Source: Callorhinchus milii (taxonomy: Eukaryota). From it: a stretch of DNA of 64,000 bases. Position 1 is the stretch's first letter; every line of letters starts with the position of its first letter. Under the pieces are notes generated by a model that was given only the letters and a program-made list of their open reading frames with translations, ran no database searches and had not been told where the DNA came from. Location of the stretch: assembly GCF_018977255.1 (NCBI RefSeq), contig NW_024704743.1, positions 18,974,001 through 19,038,000 of the forward strand. The letters are read 5' to 3'. The position numbers were made by a program, and so were the translations under genes. Below, piece after piece: positions 12,107 through 24,745 of this stretch.

Positions 12107-13513
12107 CAAGAGATGTTGATGAACAAGACCTTTGGATCCATCTGATCCTTCCTTCACAAAAATACCAGATTTGATATTAAATGTAAGAATTTTTATTTAT
12201 TACTTATTTAAAAATTCCCAATGCTTACTCTGTTTAGGAAAGTAAACTGTCGTCACAGAGATTAATGACTGTAATTCCTTTTCTCAGACTTTACATCCAA
12301 CAATGTAATTAAAAGATCAGGAATTAAGGGATATTTGAATTATAGGATAAAACAAAACAAAATGGGAACAAAAGGTCTTCGTAGTTTATTTTAGAACTGA
12401 AAATTATGATTAAACTGATGTAGAGACCTCAGATGCAGGATTAAAGGCTTCTTTCCAAATGAAGAAAAAAATGTTCAGGAGAGAGCATGGGTGTAGTTGA
12501 GGCCTAGTTCAGCTTGTCTGATAAAGTCCGTGTTTCAGTGCACAATACAATATTACTAGATTACTTTCATTCCCAAGAAGGTTTTTTTNACAATTCAAGA
12601 GGAACATTAAGCAATCTTCATCACTTGGTGGCAAAGGTACAGCCTAGGCCAAGAGACAGAAAGATTTGAATCATAGGCCATGTTGAGTAACCTGATCTCA
12701 ACCGGGGCCATGTCATGGTTAGAGTTATAATTGGCCTCGGAACGCATGGGAGGCACGAGGGTGTTGATCCTGGGCAAGGACAGGATTCTGTTCAATTGTG
12801 CACACTCATCTCCAGCACAACTTGCATTTATATAGCTGACAACTACGTATGATTCATAACTACTTTGTGTTCAGAACTCTTGTGTCATTAATTTTCACAC
12901 AGTTGTTTCAGTGACAGGGAAGTGCAGCGATGGGGTTTTGTAGCATTTATCCGTATAAAACTGACATTGTCAAGTTTTAGAGCACTCTCGTTGCTGGCTG
13001 GATTGAAATAAGATATTCCAACGGAGGAGTCCATCACCAGCACAACGACAACTTGCATTTACATAGCGCCCCTCACGAAGGGTAGTGCCCCAGAGCGCTT
13101 GATAGTGGCAGAGAACTACCCGAGCAGAGGAGTTGGGAGGTGACCTTGGGCACAGTCGAAGAGGAATGCCTTCAGGCATGACCTGAAGGTGGAGAAGGAA
13201 GAGGCAAGGTGGGGGAATAGAGAACGAGTTTGGGAGGGTGTTTAAAAAAACAAACAGTTTTTGGAGGCACAAGAAACTTACAAAGTAGTATCTGAGTTTA
13301 AAACCTACCATTGCATGATGCATACAGGGCTGTGTCATAGGTTATGATTTAGCATAATATGCTAATAATGGTGACAAAATAGTGTCAGTATTTTACTGTT
13401 TCAAATCTGCAATGTAGATCAGAACTATTTTTTATGAAAGAAAATCTCTTTGTTGAAATTGGTCAGAAGTGAACTTGTTATGTAAAAAGTGCAGCAGGGA
13501 TTTTATTTTGGCA

Positions 13514-13775
13514 TCAGCCTCGCTCACTTAGTAGATCTCTCCCCCGAGTCAAAAGGTTGTGGGTTCAAACCAGTTAGGACTTGACTTCACAGTGCAGCGC
13601 TGTAGAGGGGGTGTTACAAATGTCATAACACTACTCAGAAAGAGTTGGGAGTTTCTCTTGGTGTCATGACTAACAGTCTTCCAGATTAATTGATCATCAA
13701 CTTCTTGGCTGTTTGTGGGACCTTGCTGTGTGCAAATGAGACCTGAGGACACACAACTCCATAAAACAGTCATAA
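13514..13775 (+). mobile_element. SINE family B, internally deleted
   Basis: gagtcaaaaggttgtgggttcaaa head and ggctgtttgtgggaccttgctgtgtgcaaat block. Confidence 0.7.
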
Positions 13776-14028
13776 AGAACTTTTTTTTTATCTCACTCAA
13801 TCATTTCAAAAACATCTCAAGGTTCTTCTACAGTAATTAATATCAAAGTTTAGTGACTTTTTTTTTAGGACAGAATATTCCACAAGCAATTTGCGGTGAA
13901 TAATAAATTAGGATTAAAGAAATTCATGGAGAAGTATGGTGAAGTCCTCTCTCTAACATTTCGTCTTGAGTAAAGGTATCTCCGACAATGTAGCACTACT
14001 ACAACCGTATTGAAGAATCAGTCTAGAC

Positions 14029-14168
14029 CAGTGGTGGCCAACCCATGGTCCACGGGGCCATCAGGAAGTAGCTACTGAGTGCGGATGCCCTTGGCACAGC
14101 CATCAATGAAGAAATATTCAATCAATAAAATATATTTAATTGGCCAATGAAAAAGGTTGGGTCATCTA
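14029..14168. mobile_element. Short hAT/Charlie-like MITE remnant
   Basis: Left end cagtggtggccaacc preceded by GTCTAGAC; degenerate right end aaaaaggttgggtcatct. Confidence 0.5.
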
Positions 14169-14433
14169 CGAGGTTATCTCTTATCATGAAGCTTGAACCC
14201 TCAACCATTTGAATTGGAGACGAGTGTACCATGCATCAATTGAATCTGACATCCAGTAAGTGCGGTAATAAGTCTAATTCTAACATCAGTCTTCCTATGT
14301 ATCTGCCTTTCTTTTGTTGTTGTTGTTGGTGTGATTACATCGTGCCCTGCACCACATTCCCGCAGAAGACGATCTTGTTTGTTGTGTTTTCTTAGGAAGC
14401 ACTTTGTCTTGCTGTTGTATTCATGATGAATGT

Positions 14434-14738
14434 GGAGTCCTGTAGCTCAGTGGTTAGAGCACTCGCCTTGCAAGCGAGACACCTGGGTTTAATTCCAGGT
14501 AGGGCGAAACCTTGGGCAAGTTTCCTTACTCCACACGCCTAATAATAATCCCTCCAAAACAATAATAAATTGGTCATTTTCAATCCACGACTGTTTGTGG
14601 GACACTGCTGTGTGCAATTGGCTGCTGTGTTTTGCCCACAAATATACAATCAATTCACTTTACAGTCTATTCTGTGAAGCGCTTTGAGACGTCGAGAAGA
14701 CGTGAAAAGCGCTATATCAAATGCAAAGATTATTATAA
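14434..14738 (+). mobile_element. SINE family A, short subfamily
   Basis: Full head to (TTA)n tail; lacks the ~60-bp internal block after ccacacgcct. Confidence 0.9.
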
Positions 14739-15734
14739 TTACAGCTTCCCCACTGGAACTCTGAGGTTTTGTTTGAACTATCATACATTTTAAGCATTTA
14801 CAGAAATGCGAGGCATCAGGCATTCCGCATGTGGTTTGAGAAATGTGGGATTGCCACATGGCAGTACTTATAAATGTATCAAGAATCCAAACATTATCTC
14901 AAACTCTCCGCTGATAATAACATTCTTCGTCTGATCAGTGATAACCATTTATGATCCTAAAGATGAAAGATCGCTTTCTATGGCTCTTTTTTATAAAAAA
15001 TCAATCTCGCAATATTTGAAACGAGACTGACAAAATTCCGCAGTTTTTATGGAGCTGAAATTCCGAGAAACCAAATATCGAGGGAGACATTGTCAAGCTG
15101 TTCGTAGTTCTTATTTGTTTTGGGAATGATCCATTCATGCAAATACATGCATAAAGTAAACTAGGAAACTTCTTTCCCCCAATTATTTCAGTAATCCTTC
15201 ACTAACCACAAGCTATTTTACATAATATGGTATTGCTTATACTTGTATTTGACTTCCTAGAAGATAGTTGTTTTTGTTTCATGGCAAACAAGCTTCAAGT
15301 GTGAGCAGGCAAGGCTCTTCACTCCAGAGGAATAGATATGTAGAACCAGTGCTGTCTGTTCATGGATGTTCCATATGACGGTTGAAAGTCTACCTGGTCT
15401 TAGGCTGCAAGAGGACAGTGTTTTGTCTTGAGATGTAAGGTTGTGCAGAATTGTGAAAAATTCTAAAATGTGTTCTTAAATTGGAAGTTGATTTTCCTTA
15501 GTTCTTATCAATACTGAATTTAAGGGTTTTCTACGATTCTGAGCAATCTGACATTTTAAGATTAAATGACCTTATACAACACAATACAATTTTCATTTAT
15601 GTAGTGCCTTTCACATTGGGAGGACATCTCAAAGTGCTTCACAGTGCTGGATGGGCATCTAAACTGGGGATGGGAGCCAAGGGAGTTGGGAATGGGATAG
15701 ATGACCAAAAACACATCAAAGAGATATATTTTGT

Positions 15735-16103
15735 GGAGTCCTGTAACATAGTGGTTAGAGTACTCACCTCGCAAGCGAGAGGACCTGGGTTTGATTCCCG
15801 AGCAGGGTGAAACGTTGGGCAAGTTTCCTTACTCCACACGCCTCTGTTTATCTAGCAGTAAGTAAGAACACGGTTTTAGTCGATTGGCAGATTGCTTTCC
15901 GGGGTTAATAATCCCTTCAAAAGAAAAATGCTACTAATTTGGTCACTGAATTCACGACTGTTTGTGGGACATTGCTGTGCACAATCAGCTGCCCTGTTTC
16001 GCCCACAAAATATACAATCAATTCACTTTACAGTATATTCTGTCTGTTACGTTTCAAAGACACGATAAGGCGCTACATTAAATGCAGGGATTATTATTAT
16101 TAT
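15735..16103 (+). mobile_element. SINE family A, long subfamily, full length
   Basis: tRNA-like head, ctctgtttatctagcagtaagtaagaac block, (TTA)n tail. Confidence 0.9.
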
Positions 16104-16179
16104 TTTCAGAAATTATAGACTAAGACTAGGTGAAACTTCAGGTCAATGATGTCAAAGGTGTCATTTTCTAGTATACATA

Positions 16180-16560
16180 ATCACATAGAATGTGCAGTGC
16201 CAAAACAGACCATTCTGCTAATTGGTCCATGCCTGTGTTCATACTCCATACATGCCTGCATCCACTCTAATACCCCATCTCTTAACCCTCGATTTCCTTC
16301 TCCCTCAGGTATTCATTGAGCTTTCTCATAAATGCATTGATGCTTTCTGCTCCAACCATAGCTTCTGGTAGTGAGTTCTCAGCACCCCCTCTGTGTTTGG
16401 AGTTTCTATTGAACTTTAGATCTTTGTGGCTATCTTATATTTATGTCCCATTGATATGGACACACAACCTCTTTATGTCCACCTTATCAAAACCTTACAT
16501 AATTTTAAACAGCTCACCCTTCTTCAAATGCCTCATCTCCAGAGAGAAAAAAAGTTCTAG
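16180..16560 (-). mobile_element. CR1-like 3' fragment
   Basis: acatagaatgtgcagtgccaaaacagaccattc... is the reverse of the CR1 3'UTR seen at 55850-55920. Confidence 0.55.
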
Positions 16561-16623
16561 TTCTTAAAAGACATTACAGAAAACAAGTTTCAAAATTCAG
16601 ACTACATACTACATACATGGACT

Positions 16624-16983
16624 ATAATAATCCTTGCATTTGATATAGCACCTTATCACGTCTCCGAGATGTCTCAAAGTGCTTCACAGAATATACTGTA
16701 AAGTGAATAGACTGTATATTTTGTGGGTGAAATGCGGCAACCAATTGCTCACAGCAGCCCCACAAACAGTCGTGGATTGAGTAAACAATTTATTATTAAT
16801 TTTTTTTGAAGGAATTATTCCATAAAAGCGATCTGCCAATCGATTAACAACTGGGTTCCTACTTTGCTAGGTAAACAGAGGCATGTGAATTAAAGAAACT
16901 TGCCCAACGTTTCGCCCTCCCAGGAATCAAAACCAGGTCTCTCGTTCTCGAGATGAGTGCTCTAACCACTGAGTTACATGACT
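16624..16983 (-). mobile_element. SINE family A, long subfamily, full length
   Basis: Reverse complement of the 15735-16103 type. Confidence 0.9.
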
Positions 16984-17520
16984 ATATACTGCTATGTGTC
17001 CCTGACCCCTCCAAACCACCTTCAACTAACGTCTGGAACATCCTGCCTCAATCCCTCCACTTCGCTTTCTCTTTATCTGTCTTTAATCTCACTTTAAGAG
17101 CTACCTCTTTGTTTGTGCCTTTTGATTGGTCACCTCTCCATCCTCCCTTACTCGGCATCCAAAGCCTCCCATTGTGCAGCTATTCTAAGTTAAGGCTGTT
17201 ATACAAACACAAGTTGTTGTTGCAACATTTAACAAATTCTGGAACTTCTTGAAGTGCTACATAAATAGAGTAAATCTAGACCCAGGTGGTATATCTTTCT
17301 GCTTTTAAATTTTAAGATAACACTGAATTGTTGAAAATTCTTAAATTCACTCTTAATTTGGAAGCCTTTTGTAAGAACTGCAGATAAATAAATGGCTTCT
17401 AAATGAAGACTGAATTTAAGAATTTTCCACAATTCTGCTCCATCTTAAAATTTAAGACAAAATGATCTCATGGGGCAAAGACTACACAGTATTTGAAATT
17501 TCAAGCATGCCACAAATATG

Positions 17521-17892
17521 TCAGTCTGGCTCAGTCGGTGGCACTCTTGCCTCTGAGTCAGAAGGTGTGGGTTCAACCCATATCAGGACTGGGAATTTAT
17601 AAAGGCTTAGTTCCAGTGCAGTGCTGGGAATATGTTGCATTGTAGGAGGTGCCGTTCTTTGGACAAGGATGTCTTCCTATTCAAATGAAGGTTAAAGATC
17701 ACACTATTTGAAAAGAGAAGAGTCCTGGCCAATAACCCCCTAAATAAAATAAGTCTCATCTCATGGCTGTTTGTGAGACATTGCTGTGTATAATTGGCTT
17801 CCATGTTCACCCACAAAACACAGTTGCACCCCTTTACAGTATATCCTCCTGACTTGAAAAGCAACAAATGTAAGGATGATTACTATTATTAT
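17521..17892 (+). mobile_element. SINE family B, full length
   Basis: tcagtctggctcagtcggtggcactcttgcctctgagtcagaaggtgtgggttcaa head (A and B boxes), core and tail. Confidence 0.85.
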
Positions 17893-18471
17893 TAATATTG
17901 GTTTTATTGCTATTATTCAATTTCAATGAAAACATATTTCACTTTGTGGCATGGCATTCAAAATGCTTCCCAGCACAGATAAAAATAATTCTATCAAATG
18001 TTCAGTGCCTCATCTGCATGTAGGTAGAAACGCGTGAAAAAATCATATAATATTAACAAAAAAAATCTCTCCAGTGTGTCTTGTAATCACTAGGCCATAC
18101 AAACTAGAAGGTTTAAATCAATCAGATTTGACTGCCAGCCTGGCTCGGTTGGTAGCACTGTCTTTCTGAATCAGAAGATTGTTGATCAAGCCCTACTCTG
18201 TCTATCGCTGACACTATGCTGGTAATGAGATGTCCTGCCAAGGTGAAAGACATGTATCAAACACAGGAATTATTTTATTATTTAATCGAATGAATGGCAC
18301 TCAGGTTAAGATTTGTAGGGTATTTTCATCCGGGGTATTTCTGGCAGCCATGAATACAGTAAGACGCAAGGCAAACAGCTGAAACGTAGATATGTGCCTA
18401 CGCTTATAAATATGGTACAGAAAACTGTCAGAGCTTGAAAGCGCTGCAATGATATCCAAAGCTACAGGGTC

Positions 18472-18562
18472 AAAATTGCGACATTCCTAAACCCATTCCT
18501 TTCCTTAAATTATCACTGAAGATAATTAAGGAATGGAATGTGTTTAGAAATACTGCAATTTT
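18472..18562. repeat. Imperfect palindrome (~42-bp arms, 6-nt loop)
   Basis: aaaattgcgacattcctaaacccattcctttccttaaattatc-actgaa-gataattaaggaatggaatgtgtttagaaatactgcaatttt. Confidence 0.85.
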
Positions 18563-19410
18563 CCATCCGTGTTTCTGTTTGTGCATCACTTCCCGGCAGA
18601 AACAAAGTTTATCCAGGAAGGATTGATTAGTTTTAAAGCTCTGGATCTTTGCATTTGGGAGTTTGATATTTCATTATTTACATTATTTGCAATGAAAACA
18701 TACCAGTGTGGGTGGTATTTTTGTATGTGAGGTTCTGTGGAAAGGGTCAAGGCTATGGTGCAATATAATACAAGGATTGACAGATAATAAAAAACAAGAT
18801 AGTCAAGAAGCGGTGATTATATTATAGGGGGAAGGGGAAACTGAGAGAGTGAAGGAGGTCCATAATCTTGAAGGTTTGGGAAATAAATAATGAAATAATA
18901 ATCCTTGTATTTGATACAGTGCCTTATATTATTGAGATGTCTCAAAGCACTTCACATGGTTTACTTTCAAGACTAGCAACTGTGTATTTTTATTTGAGCA
19001 GTAATGTTCCACATAACGTGAAGCGAATTACTATTTTTATCTGGAGTATTGGAGACAAAGCACTGTAAGTATTTATTATAACACCAAAGATGCCAAGAGG
19101 AGCACTAGCATGGAGCAGGTTAGAAGGAACAAAATTCAGCATAAAAATTAAAGCTAAAACCATGATAAATTTCAGAGCTCTGATTATAAGACAGACTAAG
19201 AGTCAGGGTCAATGACAAATAACAATCTATAGCACAATGTTGGTGAATCAGTAAAATGTGTCATCTTAGAGCAGTGGTTGTAGCACTCTAGCCTCTGAGT
19301 CAGTAAGTTGTGGGTTTATGTCCCTTGTCAAGACTTGGAATCATATTGTCTAAGATGACACTCATTTTAGTGCTGGTGGGGGTGTCGGAGGTGCTGTCAT
19401 TCGGATAAGA

Positions 19411-20680
19411 CAACAAAAGCAAATTACTTTGTATAGCGCCTTTCACATCAGGAGGACATTCCAAGGTGCTGGACAGTCAGGGATTTGGACCAAGCAGGGG
19501 GTTGGGATCGGGAGGATGAATGCCAGGGAGGATAAAGGTAGGATGGTGACCGAAAGTGCGGTCGAAGAGGACAGGTCGATATGGTGTTAGCAGGTTAAAC
19601 AGGTAGGAAGGAGCAAGGCCGTGGAGGTCTTTGAAGATGAGGGCAAGGATTTTGAACTCTATCCTCTGGAACTGTGTGAGGATGGTGCTGATAGGGTCAC
19701 AGAACCTGGTCAGGAGAGAACACAAACTGCAGAGTTCTGAATGATCTGCAGCTTGTAGAGTTGGGAAGAGCGACAAGCAGGATGTTAGCATAGTCGAGCC
19801 TATGTGTAACGAATGCATGGATGAGAGTCTCGGTGGCCTGAGGGGTGAGACAGTGGCGGAACCGGGCAATGTTGCAGAGCTGGGGGAAGGCAGAGTGGAT
19901 CATGGCATGGATGTGGGGTAGAAAGGACAGTTGAGGGTCAAACAGGATGCCAATGTTCCGGACTGGCTTAGCAAGGTGGAGTGTGCATCCCTGGATAATG
20001 ATGCTGTCAGTGCCTAAGGTATGGAGGCACTGACGGGAGCCCATCAGGAAAGCCTCGGGTCTTGTTTACATTTAAATGTAGAAAGTTAACTCTTATCCAG
20101 GACTTGATGTCTGACAGACATTCTGTCAGATCAGCAGTGGTCCTGAAGTTGAGGGTGGAGGCAGAGAGATAGAGTTTGGTGTCATCCTCATACATTTGGA
20201 AGTTGACTCCATGTCTGCGGATAGTATCGCTAAGTTGGAACATATACAAGATGAAGAGGAGGGGGCCAAGGACAGGGCCCCAGGGAACACCACATCAGAA
20301 GTTTGTGGAGACAAAGCAAAGACTGTGTGAGAAGTAGGATGTGAAGCATTCAAAGACAGAACCATGAAGGTTGAGGTGAGAGGAGAGGCGGTGGAGGAGG
20401 ATAGAATGGTCAACGGTGTCAAAGGAAGCAGAGCAGTGAGAGCCCTGGTCACAGATGGACAAAATGTCATTTGTCACTTTGATCAAGGCTGTTTCTGTGC
20501 TGTGGGTGGCACAGAAACCCGATTGGAGGAGTTTGTAGAGGGAATGGCGGGAGAGGAAGGAACGAAGCTGGGAAACAATGACTCATTCCAGGACCTTGGA
20601 AAGGGAGATTGGAAATGGGTGGTAGTTGGAGATCAGGGATGGGTCCAGTGAAGGTTTTGTGAGGAATGGAGTGATGACAG
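19411..20680 (-). mobile_element. L2-clade LINE, ~1.27 kb 3' portion with frameshifted RT
   Basis: Broken ORFs KVTNDIL, ASFDTVDHSILLHRL, RRHGVNFQMYEDDTKLYLS (YADD motif decayed), TLIHAFVTHRLDYAN, RIEFKILAL; 3' tail at ~19411-19480. Confidence 0.92.
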
Positions 20681-20684
20681 TTGT

Positions 20685-20972
20685 TTTTAAGACATTAAAC
20701 CAAGGTCCCGTCTGCCTGTTCAGTTGGATGTTAAAGATCGCATGGCACTATTTGAAAAGAAATGGGAGTTTCTCCCAGTTTCTTGCCCAACTTATCCCCC
20801 AAATAAAATTAAAAATGTTTGTGGGACATTTCTGTGCACAAACTGGCTGCCACGTTTCACCTGCAGAACACACAGTCAAAAACACTTTACAGTATAGCCT
20901 GTGTAGTGTTTTGAGATGGCTCAACAATGTGGTAAGACACTATATCAAATGCAAGGGTTATTTTATTATTTA
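20685..20972 (+). mobile_element. SINE family B (headless)
   Basis: ttaaaccaaggtcccgtctgcctgttcagttggatgttaaagatc core plus tail. Confidence 0.8.
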
Positions 20973-20975
20973 TAA

Positions 20976-21733
20976 TGTCTGCCTGGCCTCATTGGTAGCA
21001 CTCGGGCATCTTTGTCAGAAGGTTGTGAGTTCAAGCTCCAAGTCAGGACTTTGAAATTATAGTCGAGGCTGACGAAAACCAACTGCCATTTATCTGATAC
21101 AGCACTGGAGAAAAGCTGTTTGAGATGTTAAATTGACGTCCTATACAGGTGGACATTAAAAATCCCAAGGAACAAGAGAAGGAAGATTCTCCTGGTGTTT
21201 GGCCAACCATGTCCCAGATAAAATTGGTCATTCGAGTAGCTCAATGGTTAGAACGTTCACCTCGCAAGCAAGATCTAGGTTCGATTCCCGCCATTGCGAA
21301 ATGTTGGGCAAGTTTCCTTACTCAACACACCTCTGTTTAGCTAGCAGTAAGTAGGAACTCGATTGTTAGTCAATTGGCGGATCGCTTTTCCTGGAGAAAT
21401 AATTCCTTCAAAAATAAATAATAAATTGGTCACTGCAATCCACAACTGTTTGTGGGACACCTCTGTGCGCAATTGACTGCCGCGTTTCGTCCACAAAATA
21501 TACAGTCAATTCACTTTACAGTATATTCTGTGAAGCGCTTTGAGACGTCTCGAAGGCATGATGAGGAGCAATATCAAATGCAAGGATTATTATTATTCAC
21601 CATACGGCTTTTGGCTGCCAGGTATTTCTACAAATACACAATCACTTTGTTTTACAGTAAAATTCTGTGAAGCGCTTTGAGACATCTCGATTATGTGATG
21701 AAGTGCCATTATTAAATGCAAGGATGATTATTA
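20976..21733 (+). mobile_element. SINE family B interrupted by a family A copy
   Basis: B head/core 20976-21233; B 3' part and tail resume at 21599-21733. Confidence 0.75.
21234..21598 (+). mobile_element. SINE family A, long subfamily, nested in SINE B
   Basis: gtagctcaatggttagaac...ggttcgattccc head through aatgcaaggattattattatt tail. Confidence 0.9.
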
Positions 21734-22674
21734 TCATTGTGGCATGCTGAAACCTCATCTACAATATTCAGGAAAAATATTTTGATTCTCTTACACTAGA
21801 CGGGTTAACATTCCAAAAATCTCATTACTGGCTGTTGAGTGAAGGGAATTCAACAGACTGAAATGAGACCTGGTTTAAAAATGTAAGCTATTCATACCTC
21901 TCTTTAAAATTAACCGCAGCTCTGTGTACTAGAATGGGGTTGTGATTTGTTTCGCTGTTTTCCATCATTAATCACCCTCCTGACATTCTCCATATTGACA
22001 ACTCTGCTGGAACTGAGATATTTGTTCAAAGTTTCTATATGTATCTGGAACACAATTCGTCTGGAAAAGTTGCTAATTCACAAGACAGATAGACTACTTT
22101 ACTCCGTAAAAATGGGGTGCATAGCTGAGAGGACACATATTCCTGCAGAGCAATGGGATGGAGTGTTCAATCTGTGGTACAGAGACAACATGAACCACTG
22201 AAAGGAAAATAGGTGAAGTTCAGTGTTTTACTTACGAAAACTGTAATAATTATCAGGAATGCAGCCAATGAATATCATTTAAGCATCTGCAAATCATCAG
22301 CCTCTGAGCAATGTCCTAGTCTGATCCGTCAGGAAACATGTTTCAAATGACATACGTTATTGGTACATAAAACACAGTGATTTCTACACTTGATAAGTAA
22401 TCCTGTTGGGAATTCACGCCAGCCCATAAGAATATCAGAGTGGAGTTTGCCGATCAATTTGAAGCACTTTTCAGTGTCAGCCTGACTCAGTTGGTAGTGC
22501 TCTCGCCTCTGAACCAAAAGATTGATGTTCCACGTGGGGATCCCGAGCCACGGTGTAGACTGAAGCTACAACAGAGGAAGCCAGGCCTGTCGAAGCTAGA
22601 AGTCAAATCAGTGGCAACCTGATCTTCCAGAAGCGGGAAAGACAGCTGTTTTTTTTTCATGGACACATCATTAT

Positions 22675-23008
22675 AAATAATAATCCTTGCATTTGATATA
22701 ACGCCTTATCACATCTTTGAGACATCTCAAATCACAGAATATACTCTAAAGTATATTTTTTGGGGGGCGAAATGCGTCAGCCAATTGTGAACAGCAGTGT
22801 CCTACTAACAGTTGTGGCTTGAGTGACCAAATATATTTTTTGAAAGGTTTTTTACACCCGGAAAAGCAATCTGCCAATTGACAACCGGGTTCCTACTTAC
22901 TGCTAGGTAAATAGAGGCATGTGGAGTAAGGAAACTTGCCTAAGGTTTTGCCCTGCCTGGGAATTAAACCTGGGTCCTCCCGCTCTAACCAATACGTTAC
23001 AGTACTCC
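22675..23008 (-). mobile_element. SINE family A, long subfamily
   Basis: Reverse tail taataatccttgcatttgatata...gtggagtaaggaaacttgcc...gctctaacca. Confidence 0.85.
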
Positions 23009-23629
23009 ATTATAACACAGTCTAATTTTATGAACATTAAACAAGTTATAAATGGGATTGAGTTGTGTTGCTTGATTCTGTCCTCATGTTTGTAGCCAGA
23101 ACAATAGAATGTAGTTCAGTTGCAGCATCATAGTGATCTTGTGTTCTCCAGGCACAGTGGTTATTTACAAATTGTTCCTGGATGTGAAGTTGGTTTCAAA
23201 GTTAAATATTTGACTAATAATCCTGCAATCTGATTGAAAAGCTTTTAGTTTGTCATCATTGAGTAGTGCAGACTTCAATTATGACTTGCTCCTAATGTTT
23301 TTTCAGAACTGTTTATTATTCTGGCTTTTGATGTCAAGTCTACGTCACATATTTTGTAATGTTTGTGGTCAATCTTAATGATCTTGAAATTGCCAAATTT
23401 CTTTCTTTAAAGCCCAGGAAAAATTATTATCCAATAAATGTAACTGGTGACGGCTGCATTACATGGAGACTCGCGTGAGATTATAAACCTTGGCAAAAAC
23501 AAAAATACCTGGAGCCAAGTATATTTTCACTCAGCTCCTTCCTGGAAGCGCGTTAAGGTAAAATAAAGGCAAGCTCAGTCAGTCGGCAATCGTCAGCACA
23601 CAGCACTCTCTGCACATAGTGCTGCAGGC

Positions 23630-24035
23630 GAGCACTCCCTTGGTCCCAACCTTTTCAATATCTACATGCTCTCTTTTGGTAACATCATCCATAGACATGG
23701 GGTCAATTTCCACTCTGTGGATGACACCCAACTCTACCTCGCTGCCTCCACCCTCGACTCTAGGACCACTGCTGTCCTGACGGAAGACCAAGACTCTCAT
23801 GCTTGGCGCCCATCCGCACTTCCACACCTCAGGCATCACCTGCCTTACTAAGCCAGTCCAGAACCTTGGCGTCTTTTTTGACCCTCAACTATCGTTCCTA
23901 CCCCACATCCATACCATGACCCGCTCTGCCTTCCCCCCACCTCCGCAACATCACCCAGCTCCGCCATTACCTCACACTGCAGGCCGCCGAGACCCTCATA
24001 CAGGCATTCATAACTTCCAGGCTCGACTACGCAAA
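23630..24035 (+). mobile_element. L2 RT fragment
   Basis: IIHRHGVNFHSVDDTQLYL and VQNLGVFFDPQLSFLPHI, homologous to the 19.4-20.7 kb copy. Confidence 0.88.
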
Positions 24036-24044
24036 TTTCCTGAT

Positions 24045-24745
24045 CATGGGATATATGATAAAGTGGTGCGACTGTGTGGTTTTTGGGCAAATATGGCAGC
24101 CGGTTTAAACACAGCAGTGTCCCACAAACATGGAGCAAGTGACCAATTTAATTTGGGTCTTGTTAGCTAGGATCCTGAGAGAAATTCCCTGTTCGAACAG
24201 TGACATGGGATCTTTAACATTCACCTGGACAGGCAGATGGGACCTGGGTTTAACATCTCATCCAAAGGACAGCACCTCTGGCAATGCAACATACTCGATC
24301 TTGAATTTGTGATACTTTGACACACAGCAGCTATGTTATCAGCTTCATTTGTTGTCTCTGGATCAGAAAGCTGTGGTTTCTTTCCCCAATTTGGGACTTG
24401 ACCTCGCTGTTTGGGCTGACACTCTTGTGCAGTACTGGAAGACCTCTGTGTTGTCAGAGGATTTGTCCTTCGCATAAGACATTAAACTGAGATCTTGTCT
24501 GACTGCTCTGAAGTTAAATTTCCTATGAGACTATCCAAAAAGAGAATGGGGTTTCTCCTGGCGTCCTGGCCAACAATCCCCAGATTAATCAATGATTCAA
24601 TTCATAACCGTTTGTGGGATATTGATGTGTGCAAAATGGCTGTCGTGTTTGCCTTCAAAAAACAGTTGCTGCACTTGTTAGTAATTACTGTCAAACATTT
24701 TGAAATGTTTTGACATCTAAGGTGCTATAATAATATAAGTTCCTT
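24045..24745. mobile_element. Two divergent SINE B copies (- 24045-24290; + 24335-24745)
   Basis: Core motifs present in both orientations. Confidence 0.7.

Noticed and set aside
12589..12589. Single N base
   Set aside because: Assembly ambiguity or contig join, not a biological feature.
19477..20486. Cluster of ORFs with RT-like motifs as a possible active or domesticated RT
   Set aside because: Multiple frameshifts and stops with a decayed catalytic motif; an ordinary dead L2.
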